A stretch of 64,000 nucleotides of DNA from Nitrospiraceae bacterium (GTDB lineage: Bacteria > Nitrospirota > Nitrospiria > Nitrospirales > Nitrospiraceae): the NCBI GenBank assembly GCA_050246315.1, contig JBFWWG010000001.1, positions 384,001 through 448,000 on the forward strand, in the 5' to 3' direction. The number at the start of each line of letters is the position of its first letter. The first letter of the stretch is position 1. The notes under the pieces are model-generated. The model saw only the letters and a list, made by a program, of their open reading frames with translations, made no database searches and was not told the DNA's origin. This document shows, piece by piece, positions 1 to 7,716 of this stretch. Both the position numbers and the translations under genes were made by a program.

Positions 1-85
1 TTCGGCTTGGAATGATGGACTTACCCCCGCCACGGCCAGGGATGATGGGCGTTCCCACTCTCGTGACGCGAAGTGAACCGCTCGA

Positions 86-757
86 TCAGATCTGCCGGAT
101 CGGCGACAGCCGCTCCGGTCGCTCCGCGATACCCTGTCCCGCCTCCGCAACCGGGAGGTACTGGCCGGCCTGGTCGTCGAACGCCACGACATTGCCGCTC
201 TCGATCTCGTAGACCCAAGCATGGAGCCGCAGCGTGCCCCGACTCATCGCCGCCAAGACCGACGGGTGCGTTCTGAGATTCTCGATCTGCACGAGCACGT
301 TCTCTTGGATGCAGGCTTCGAGCTTCTCCTCTTTCGGCAGGTCCTTGTAATGCGTCGCCATCACCCGTCGTGTAGCCTCGGCGTAGGTCAGCCAGCCCTT
401 CGTGGCCGGCAAGCTGTCCAGCGAGGATGGATCCAAGACCGCCTGCATCGCGCCGCAATAGGTGTGGCCGCAGATAATGATGTATTTCACCGCCAGCGCC
501 TCGATGGCATATTCGATCGCAGCGGCTTCCGCTCCGTGCAACGGGCCGTAGGGCGGGATGATGTTGCCGGCGTTGCGCAGGATGAAGAGGTCGCCCGGGA
601 CGGTCTGGGTCAGTAGGGTAGGGCTCACTCGGCTGTCCGAGCAGGTCACAAAGAGCGCGTTCGGCTCTTGCCCCTTGCTCAGACGCTCGAACAGCTCCTT
701 TTTTCTGCCGAACACGCCGGACTGAAACCGGTGAATGCCGTCGATCAGCCTTCTCAT
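86..757 (-). CDS. can: Beta-class carbonic anhydrase
   Basis: Zn-ligand motifs CSDSRV and CGHTYCGA; typical LRNAGN and LHAWVYEI segments. Confidence 0.93.
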   Translation of the reverse strand: MRRLIDGIHRFQSGVFGRKKELFERLSKGQEPNALFVTCSDSRVSPTLLTQTVPGDLFILRNAGNIIPPYGPLHGAEAAAIEYAIEALAVKYIIICGHTYCGAMQAVLDPSSLDSLPATKGWLTYAEATRRVMATHYKDLPKEEKLEACIQENVLVQIENLRTHPSVLAAMSRGTLRLHAWVYEIESGNVVAFDDQAGQYLPVAEAGQGIAERPERLSPIRQI

Positions 758-780
758 TCTTTCTCGTATCCTTTCGTCTG

Positions 781-830
781 CCCCCTCACCTTTATCCTTT
801 CCCCCACCGGGGGAGAGGCGGGTAGAGGAG
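781..830. repeat. Short palindromic REP-like element (CCCCTCACC...CCCCC-ACC-GGGGGAGAGG type)
   Basis: Intergenic GC-rich hairpin with purine/pyrimidine-asymmetric arms; single copy in window. Confidence 0.35.
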
Positions 831-832
831 GC

Positions 833-1474
833 TCAGTACCCCACCGTAAACCGCTGCCGGATATGCGCCGGGCGTTCGACCTCGTCGATCATGGCCATCG
901 CGTAGTCTTCGACCGAGATCCGGCTCTGTCCATGTTCATCCGTCAACATTTGATCTGCGCCGAGCCGGAACTTGCCCGTCCGTTGGCCCGGAGCCAAGTC
1001 GGCGGACGGGGAGAGGAACGACCAGTCGAGGCCGGTCTCCCGGCGCAGCAGGTTCAGGGCTTCGCGCGTCGCCAGCGCGCCCTGCTTATACTCGGCGGGG
1101 AACCCTGGCAGGTCCAAAGCCTGCACACCCGGCTTGACCTCCAAACTGCCGGCCCCGCCGACGAACAGTAGCCGCTTCATCTTGGCCTTCTTCACCCCGG
1201 CGATAATCGCTTGCGTCCCCTTGACCTGAAGGTTGTAAATGTCCGGATTGCCCCAGCCAGGATTGAAGGCGCTGATGACGGCCTCATGTCCTGCGACCAG
1301 CCGAGCCACCTCGTCTTCGTTGTAGACGTCCCCCTTCTGAGGATGGAGTTTTGGATGTGGCGGTAGTTTCTCCGGATCGCGCACGATGGCCGTGACTTCA
1401 TGGCTCCGCTGCAAGGCTTCCTTCAAAATCGCCGAACCGACGAACCCGGTGGCGCCGATGACTGCGATCTTCAT
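833..1474 (-). CDS. NAD(P)H-binding oxidoreductase (atypical SDR, flavin-reductase/YwnB-like)
   Basis: Starts MKIAVIGATGFVG (Rossmann fold); VGGAGSL and SRISVEDYA motifs; start set at ATG 1474 after GGAGG. Confidence 0.88.
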   Translation of the reverse strand: MKIAVIGATGFVGSAILKEALQRSHEVTAIVRDPEKLPPHPKLHPQKGDVYNEDEVARLVAGHEAVISAFNPGWGNPDIYNLQVKGTQAIIAGVKKAKMKRLLFVGGAGSLEVKPGVQALDLPGFPAEYKQGALATREALNLLRRETGLDWSFLSPSADLAPGQRTGKFRLGADQMLTDEHGQSRISVEDYAMAMIDEVERPAHIRQRFTVGY

Positions 1475-1544
1475 CGTAGACCCTCCTGGATGACTCATCT
1501 GATCGAATCGAACGGGATCGTGACTCGCCCGGCCTCCGGCGGTT

Positions 1545-2129
1545 TTACACGTCACGATCCTTGCCGCCGCCACGAGTACGAACCACGCGAGCCGGATTGC
1601 CGACCACGACGCAGGCCGGCGGCACATCCCGAACCACGACGCTGCCCGCGCCGACCACGCTCCCGTCTCCAATGGTCACCCCTGCAAGGATGATCGCGCC
1701 GCCTCCGATCCAGACATCCTTGCCGACGCTGATCGGACGAGCATATTCCAACCCGGCTCGCCGGATGTCCGCGTCAAGCGGATGCTCGGCGGTGTACAGT
1801 TGCACGGCCGGTCCCATCTGCACATCGTCGCCGATTTCGATGGGCGCGCAGTCGAGGAAGACACAGTGGTAGTTGATGAACACATTGCGCCCGATCCGGA
1901 TGTTATAGCCGTAGTCGCAGGCAAAGACCGGTTTGATCACGGCGCCGTCGCCGCAAGCGCCCAAGAGTTCGCGCAGGAGCGCCGTCCGTTCGCCCGGCGC
2001 TTCATCCGAGGTCGCGTTGTACCGTGTCAACAGACGTTGTGCCCGCCGAATGTCCGCGACCAGTTCGGGATCAGCGGAGCGATAGAGTTCACCCGCCAGC
2101 ATCTTCGCCTTTTCCGTCTTGACGCCCAT
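1545..2129 (-). CDS. maa: Maltose/sugar O-acetyltransferase (hexapeptide repeat)
   Basis: EKAKMLAGELY N-terminus, CDYGYNI, hexapeptide repeats, GNPARV C-terminus. Confidence 0.9.
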   Translation of the reverse strand: MGVKTEKAKMLAGELYRSADPELVADIRRAQRLLTRYNATSDEAPGERTALLRELLGACGDGAVIKPVFACDYGYNIRIGRNVFINYHCVFLDCAPIEIGDDVQMGPAVQLYTAEHPLDADIRRAGLEYARPISVGKDVWIGGGAIILAGVTIGDGSVVGAGSVVVRDVPPACVVVGNPARVVRTRGGGKDRDV

Positions 2130-2178
2130 TGCATCCCTTCGCCTGAGCGGATCGCACCCGCCACCTCGGACTTTGAGC

Positions 2179-4245
2179 TTACTTCAATGTAGACTCACCG
2201 GACACGTGCGAGATCAGGTGGCGGAGCATCCGCTCCGAGCGGATGACGCCGACCAAACGCCGCGAGTCCCTGTCCTCGACGACCGGCAGCCAGTCGAGAT
2301 CGTGCTTGTTCATCACATCGCCGCCCATCAGGCTCGTGTCCTCCGGCGTGACCATGACGGGATCGACCTTCATGAAATCCCGGACGTTCGCCGTCGCGGT
2401 CTTCCCCTGGGCAAAGGCTTCGAACAACTCGTTCCTCGTGATGACCCCCTGCAAGCGTCCGTCCTGATCCAGCACGCAGAGGAATTCGAGCCCGTGCTCA
2501 TCAAACAGGCGGACGGCATCCTCAAACGTGTCGTCGGGCGAGAGGCGGTGCTCGGGGGCCATGTCCATGAAGGCGGACAGAGGCTGGCGTTCGAGAACGG
2601 CCCAGGCTTGGGTGAGCCGTGGATTCAGGCGAGGACGCCGCCATCGGAGCGTTTGGGCCATCAGATTGCGAAAGGGAGCGAGCGTGCCGGAAATTTGCGA
2701 GAAGACTTCTTTGCCCATGACGAGCACCTCGACCGCCGTGCGCGCTCGGACGCTCGCGCTGCGCACCGTTCCGTCGAGAAGCGCCATCTCGCCGAAAAAT
2801 TCTCCCGGGCCCAACCGACCGATGATCTTCGGCTGTCCCCTCGAGTCACGCCGTATGGCTTCGACCTCGCCCTGTTCGATCACATAAAAATTTATCGCCG
2901 GCTCGCCCTCGACAAAGATGATGTCGCCGGGGCGATAGTGCGCCCGCGCGATCCGTTCGGTCTGATTGGTCCTAGGGTGGGCCAGATCGCGAGGAAACAA
3001 CAGTTCCCAAGTCCAATCGAACGCGATCTTGATTCGGCGTGACCAGGAAGGGGATTTCAACAGATACACGGTCCGCCACAGCCACCAGGCCGGAAACCCC
3101 GAGAGGCGGACGCCCAGAATCTCGGCCACCGCGTTCCGCTCCCCGATGCCGCAGAGTTGGCCCAACGGCTTGAAGAAAAACGGCCTGGTGGGTTCACGCC
3201 GGAGTACCCGGACGATGTTCTCCGCCGCTTGACGCCCTTGTCGTTCGGCAAACTGACCGGTTGTTGGAGAGACCTGTTTGTCGTAGGCATTGATAATGCC
3301 GGCGCAGTCGCCGATCGCCCATAGGTTCCGCGTCCCCTGCACGCGCATGTCCGGATCCGTCAGCAACCGGCCGCCTTCCTTAGGTGCCTCAAGCCGTTGC
3401 ACCAGGAGCGGCATGGTGGTCCCGATCGTGCAGACGACTGTGGCGCCCCGGATCATCCGACCGTCCTGAAGTTCGACCCCCTCGGCCGTGGCCAACCGGG
3501 CGCGCGCGCTCAACACCATCCGGATTCCGGCCTGCTCCATCTTCGTTCGTGCAAACTCGCGCAACGTCGAGCTCACTTCCGGAAGAATCTGATCCTTGGC
3601 ATGCACCAGCGTGACGCTGACTTCGCGGGCCGTGAAATTACCGTAGAACCGCAGGCTGGCTCGCACCAGGTCATTGATCTCGCCGGCCGCCTCCACTCCG
3701 GTAAAGCCGCCGCCGACTACCACGAATGACAGATACCAACGGCGCCGGTCCGGATCATCGCAGACCTCCGCCCTTTCCAGTTGCTCCATCACGTGAAATC
3801 GCAGCGCCATGGCATCGCCGACCGACTTCAACGGAAACGCGTGGTCGGCCATGCCTGGCACGAGGCTGAGATTGACCGCGGTTCCACAGGCCAGCACCGC
3901 ATGGTCGAACGCCATACGATTCTGGCGTCCATCGTACCCCTCGTATTCCACCTCGGAGGCAGCCAGGTCGATCTGTCTGACTTCTTCCGTCCGGCACTGT
4001 ACGCGAGGCAACATCTGGCGCAACGGGACCGTGACCGCCCCGGGGTTGATCGCCGCCCCCGCCACTTCCGCCAGCAACGGGTAAAAGACCATGTTGTTCT
4101 CTTGGCTGAACAGCACAATCTCGCAAGACTGCTGAGGCAATCGCTGACGCAGGGTTCTCGCGCATTTCACGCCGGCAAATCCGCCGCCCACTATGATGAT
4201 CCGTGTCATACCCATGACTTTGATGGTCAGCCCGTCCAGACCCAT
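2179..4245 (-). CDS. ndh: Type II NADH dehydrogenase-like flavoprotein fused to a cNMP-binding domain and a CBS pair
   Basis: IIIVGGGFAG, VVVGGGFTGVE, WAIGDCA; then GEFFGEMALLDGTVRSASVRA (cNMP) and two CBS repeats. Start may be 4215 or 4209. Confidence 0.85.
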   Translation of the reverse strand: MGLDGLTIKVMGMTRIIIVGGGFAGVKCARTLRQRLPQQSCEIVLFSQENNMVFYPLLAEVAGAAINPGAVTVPLRQMLPRVQCRTEEVRQIDLAASEVEYEGYDGRQNRMAFDHAVLACGTAVNLSLVPGMADHAFPLKSVGDAMALRFHVMEQLERAEVCDDPDRRRWYLSFVVVGGGFTGVEAAGEINDLVRASLRFYGNFTAREVSVTLVHAKDQILPEVSSTLREFARTKMEQAGIRMVLSARARLATAEGVELQDGRMIRGATVVCTIGTTMPLLVQRLEAPKEGGRLLTDPDMRVQGTRNLWAIGDCAGIINAYDKQVSPTTGQFAERQGRQAAENIVRVLRREPTRPFFFKPLGQLCGIGERNAVAEILGVRLSGFPAWWLWRTVYLLKSPSWSRRIKIAFDWTWELLFPRDLAHPRTNQTERIARAHYRPGDIIFVEGEPAINFYVIEQGEVEAIRRDSRGQPKIIGRLGPGEFFGEMALLDGTVRSASVRARTAVEVLVMGKEVFSQISGTLAPFRNLMAQTLRWRRPRLNPRLTQAWAVLERQPLSAFMDMAPEHRLSPDDTFEDAVRLFDEHGLEFLCVLDQDGRLQGVITRNELFEAFAQGKTATANVRDFMKVDPVMVTPEDTSLMGGDVMNKHDLDWLPVVEDRDSRRLVGVIRSERMLRHLISHVSGESTLK
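3951..4176. repeat. 226-bp direct repeat, copy 1 (5' part of ndh)
   Basis: Identical to 5829..6054 except one base (4128 vs 6006). Confidence 0.95.
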
Positions 4246-4297
4246 TACCCTCGGTCGATGACGAAGATCCGTACGCAGGTCGCCGAACGCTTACCGG

Positions 4298-5341
4298 TTA
4301 TCGGTCGCCGAACTCAAAAATGTCGTGTGAATCGGTCATCACATGCATGCCGGTGATGCCGGCAGATTGGATATCTCCACTCGCGAGGTGCAGTCGATCA
4401 CCCACGACGGCACCGGCCAAGCCGTGCCGGGGCATCGGCATCATGGGGAGTTCCGACCAGCTGTTCGTCGCCGGATCGTACGCTTCCAACGCGCGAAACG
4501 CCGCCATCAGATGCCCGTCCTGGTGCTCTCCGCCGGCCACGTAGATTCGTCCTTTGTAGACAGCCCAAGCTCCCCCGCTTCGCTCGGTCGGCATGCGGGC
4601 TTTCACCAGACCCCACTGGTCCGTAGCAGGATCGTATTCTTCCACCACGTTCGTGTTGCTGGCGGTGAATATGAACGCGCTACCCAGCCGGCCGCCGATC
4701 ACGTAGACCTTGCTGTTCACTACGCCGACGGCGGCATGGTTTCGTGCGGTCGGCATCGAGGAACGCTCGGACCAGGTGTTCGTCTTCGGATCGTATTCCT
4801 CGACGGTCCCGACCGACCGGTGGGGCCGTGCCGGATACAGGGCGATCTCGTTTGACCCAGGGTGGAGTGCCGCGCCACCGATCACGTAAATCTTCCCATT
4901 CACCGTGGCGGCGACGGCTGAGCCGCGCTTCGACGGCATTGCGGCCAATGCTTTCCAGCGATCTGCCTCCGGGTCGTACTCCCAGGCGTTGTTGATCGGC
5001 ACCCAGGCAGGCGGCCCCGACTCCGGGGGAACGAAACCACCGAATGCATAGAACTTTCCATTGAGCTCTGTGAAGGCGACATGGTGCGCCGGCAAAGCCA
5101 TCGGTTTTTTCTTTGTCCACATGTTCGTCGCCGGATCGTACTCGTACACAAGACCCTGAGGTGTCCAACCCGGCCCGAGTCCGCCGAAGACGTAAAACTT
5201 GCCGCCACTCGAACCACCGACCAGTTCCTCGGACGGCTCTGGAAACGGCGCGCCCTTGATCCACTTACCGGGATATTGCGCTACAGCGGGAGCAACGAGC
5301 ATGAGCATGCTCATCATTGCGATCAACACAAACGCTTGCAT
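4298..5341 (-). CDS. Secreted Kelch-repeat beta-propeller protein
   Basis: Signal peptide MQAFVLIAMM...AVA; repeated YVxGG...YDPxxxxW units; start at ATG 5341 after GAGGAGGG. Confidence 0.9.
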   Translation of the reverse strand: MQAFVLIAMMSMLMLVAPAVAQYPGKWIKGAPFPEPSEELVGGSSGGKFYVFGGLGPGWTPQGLVYEYDPATNMWTKKKPMALPAHHVAFTELNGKFYAFGGFVPPESGPPAWVPINNAWEYDPEADRWKALAAMPSKRGSAVAATVNGKIYVIGGAALHPGSNEIALYPARPHRSVGTVEEYDPKTNTWSERSSMPTARNHAAVGVVNSKVYVIGGRLGSAFIFTASNTNVVEEYDPATDQWGLVKARMPTERSGGAWAVYKGRIYVAGGEHQDGHLMAAFRALEAYDPATNSWSELPMMPMPRHGLAGAVVGDRLHLASGDIQSAGITGMHVMTDSHDIFEFGDR

Positions 5342-5433
5342 ACACCCTCCTCGTCGATAGGGAAAAGATCGAACGCCATGACCATTATCAGCATTCGGAA
5401 TCGCCCTACTCAGATATCGCCGGGACATGAAGG

Positions 5434-5822
5434 CTAACCTCTTCCACGCGCCGCGTCCACGCTCCAGGTACAGGACCCCTGTGAAGAGGTGTACAGGAAC
5501 GTGAAACAATACAGAACCGCGAGTTCCTCCTTGTTCTGAATAGGCAACGGCGCCTGCGTGCCGTGTGCCGTCCAATAGGCGGCGGCCATCAAACCGCTTC
5601 AGAGAAACGTCGCCCACCCGGCATAAGGACCGATCATCACGAGCGCGCCACCGATCAATTCCATCGAACCGGCCAGGTATGCGATAAAAGAGGAACTGGG
5701 TGCGGCGTTCCGGGAAGTCCGAACAACTTCTGTGTACCGTGCCAGAGAAACAGGAACCCGGTGACGATGCGCAACAATGCATAGGCTTGAGCGGTACAGG
5801 CATGGATGAATGACGGGATGAT
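5434..5822 (-). pseudogene. DoxX-family pseudogene
   Basis: Collinear with intact DoxX at 13896..14282 (QAYALLRIVTGFLFLWHGTQKLFG ... ELAVLYCFTFLY...WSVDAAR) but has no ATG, one frameshift and an in-frame TGA at 5599..5601. Confidence 0.85.
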
Positions 5823-5828
5823 TCTCTC

Positions 5829-6093
5829 CCTCGGAGGCAGCCAGGTCGATCTGTCTGACTTCTTCCGTCCGGCACTGTACGCGAGGCAACATCTGGCGCA
5901 ACGGGACCGTGACCGCCCCGGGGTTGATCGCCGCCCCCGCCACTTCCGCCAGCAACGGGTAAAAGACCATGTTGTTCTCTTGGCTGAACAGCACAATCTC
6001 GCAAGCCTGCTGAGGCAATCGCTGACGCAGGGTTCTCGCGCATTTCACGCCGGCGAAGCCCCCGCCGATGATGATGATTCTCGTAGGGTGCAT
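5829..6093 (-). pseudogene. Truncated 5' duplicate of the NDH-2 gene (includes repeat copy 2, 5829..6054)
   Basis: MHPTRIIIIGGGFAGVKCART...IDLAASE, then homology stops and runs into the doxX remnant. Confidence 0.9.
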
Positions 6094-6141
6094 CTCAGTC
6101 GAGGATTCGGGACGAACGATTGTCCATCAGGCTCCCGTCGG

Positions 6142-6549
6142 TCAGAAATTGGAAATAGTCAGGGCTTGACTGGCCGGGTAGTTCCCGTCTGGAAAGACTT
6201 CCTTGCGCACCTTGAAAAACTTGTCTCCGTAACGGGGGTCATTCATGGTCACGGTCATCAGAACGAGGTTCTTTTGAAGCGTGCCGCCGAGTTTACGGAG
6301 AGTCTGGTCCATCAACTTGAAGATCTGTCTCGCCTGCGCTTCGACATCCTCGGCGATCGAGTTACCCTGGTCATCCTTCAGAGCGAACTGCCCACCCATC
6401 CAGACGATGGTTCCGCCCTTGGTTAGCACCGCTGGCGAATAGTCGAACTGTTGACCGGTCTCGTCCTTGAGGTATTCCAGCGCCTGCACCGATGTCACGT
6501 GGCAGGTGGTCCACAAGAACCCGATGATGATGCCGCTCCATTTCTTCAT
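6142..6549 (-). CDS. RidA/YjgF-family protein with signal peptide, probably C-terminally truncated
   Basis: YSPAV, GGTIVWMGGQ, EAQARQIF, RKEVFPDGNYPAS; ends before the usual terminal xEI strand. Confidence 0.7.
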   Translation of the reverse strand: MKKWSGIIIGFLWTTCHVTSVQALEYLKDETGQQFDYSPAVLTKGGTIVWMGGQFALKDDQGNSIAEDVEAQARQIFKLMDQTLRKLGGTLQKNLVLMTVTMNDPRYGDKFFKVRKEVFPDGNYPASQALTISNF

Positions 6550-6596
6550 CTGTATTGTTCTCCCTCCTCAACGGTCGTCGCGGCCGGCGACGACTC

Positions 6597-7367
6597 TTAC
6601 TGCACCGTTTGACCGCCATCGACGACCAAGGCGTGACCCACGGTGAAGGCGGCCAAGTCCGAGCACAGCCAGATGACGGCGGCGGCGATCTCCTCCGGCT
6701 TGCCCATGCGTCCGACCGGCTCCTCCGCGATCACCTTCGCCCGTCCTTCGGGCGTGTCCCCGGTGTAGCGCCCCATCATCGGGGTGTCGATGTAACCGGG
6801 GCAGACGGCGTTGACACGGAGGTTCCGCGCAGCGTAGTCGAGGGCCGCCGCCCGGGTGAGGCCGATCACGCCATGCTTCGCGGCGGTGTACGCGGGGCTG
6901 CCCTTGATCCCGACGACCCCGGCGCCCGAGGAGGTGTTCACAATCGCGCCGCCGCCCTGCTTGAGCATCAACGGAATCTCGTGCTTCATGCACAAGAACA
7001 CACCGCGAAGGTTGATGTCGATGATCTGATTCCACTCCTCCTCGTCGTAGTCCGCGGTCGGAGCCGGCTTCCTCGGCTCGATGCCCGCGTTGTTGAAGGC
7101 GAAGTCGAGCCGCCCGAACGCCTCGATCGTCTTGTCCAGAGTCGCCTTCACGTCCTCGGCTCGCGTCACGTCGCATGTGGCGGCAAGCGCCCGTCCGCCC
7201 TGTTCTTGGATCAGGCGAGCTGTCTCTTGGTTGCCCTGCTCGGACACGTCGGCAACCGCCACGCTGGCGCCCTCGCGGGCGAACGCCAGCGCAGCCGCGC
7301 GGCCGATGCCGCTCGCGGCGCCGGTCACGAACGCGACCTTTCCTGTGAAGCTCCCGTTCGCCGTCAT
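6597..7367 (-). CDS. Classical SDR oxidoreductase
   Basis: TGAASGIG, NNAG, YTAAKHG, VDGG motifs; start at ATG 7367 after AAGGAG. Confidence 0.92.
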   Translation of the reverse strand: MTANGSFTGKVAFVTGAASGIGRAAALAFAREGASVAVADVSEQGNQETARLIQEQGGRALAATCDVTRAEDVKATLDKTIEAFGRLDFAFNNAGIEPRKPAPTADYDEEEWNQIIDINLRGVFLCMKHEIPLMLKQGGGAIVNTSSGAGVVGIKGSPAYTAAKHGVIGLTRAAALDYAARNLRVNAVCPGYIDTPMMGRYTGDTPEGRAKVIAEEPVGRMGKPEEIAAAVIWLCSDLAAFTVGHALVVDGGQTVQ

Positions 7368-7398
7368 TTCTTGCTCCTTTTCATGTTGCCCGTCCATT

Positions 7399-7686
7399 GC
7401 CCACATTATTCATGATGGTTTGTGACGAAACCGCCAAGACGCCAGGCATTGGACCCGTTGCATGGCGCAACCCGCAACGGGTCCCCCGGCAACGGGTGCC
7501 GCCACGCGGAGCGCCGAGGGACCGAAGCATACTCGAAACCGTATGTTGAAGCCACGAGGGGCGAGCCTGTCCGCTTGGAAGCCGAGAACTCGCTGCCAGG
7601 CTCGTCGCAGCCGGGATACCTGTTGCTCCTAGTCAGCAACGAGTCGCACGGCGGTTGCAGGAGAAGCCATCATGAATAATGTGGGC
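7399..7686 (+). mobile_element. Structured non-coding repeat / MITE-like element, copy 1
   Basis: Perfect 20-bp TIR GCCCACATTATTCATGATGG; internal similarity to copies at 21070, 23874, 46638, 47706, 50859. Confidence 0.85.
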
Positions 7687-7716
7687 GAAACCATCTGGAC
7701 CCGCTTTCTGTCCCGC

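Noticed and set aside
5342..6043. N-terminal 234 aa of the 581-aa ORF 4298..6043
   Set aside because: Off-frame read through the ndh duplicate and doxX pseudogene; the Kelch protein has its own RBS and signal peptide at 5341
3951..6054. Diversity-generating retroelement TR/VR pair
   Set aside because: One mismatch only, located at the 5' end of the gene, and no reverse transcriptase in the window
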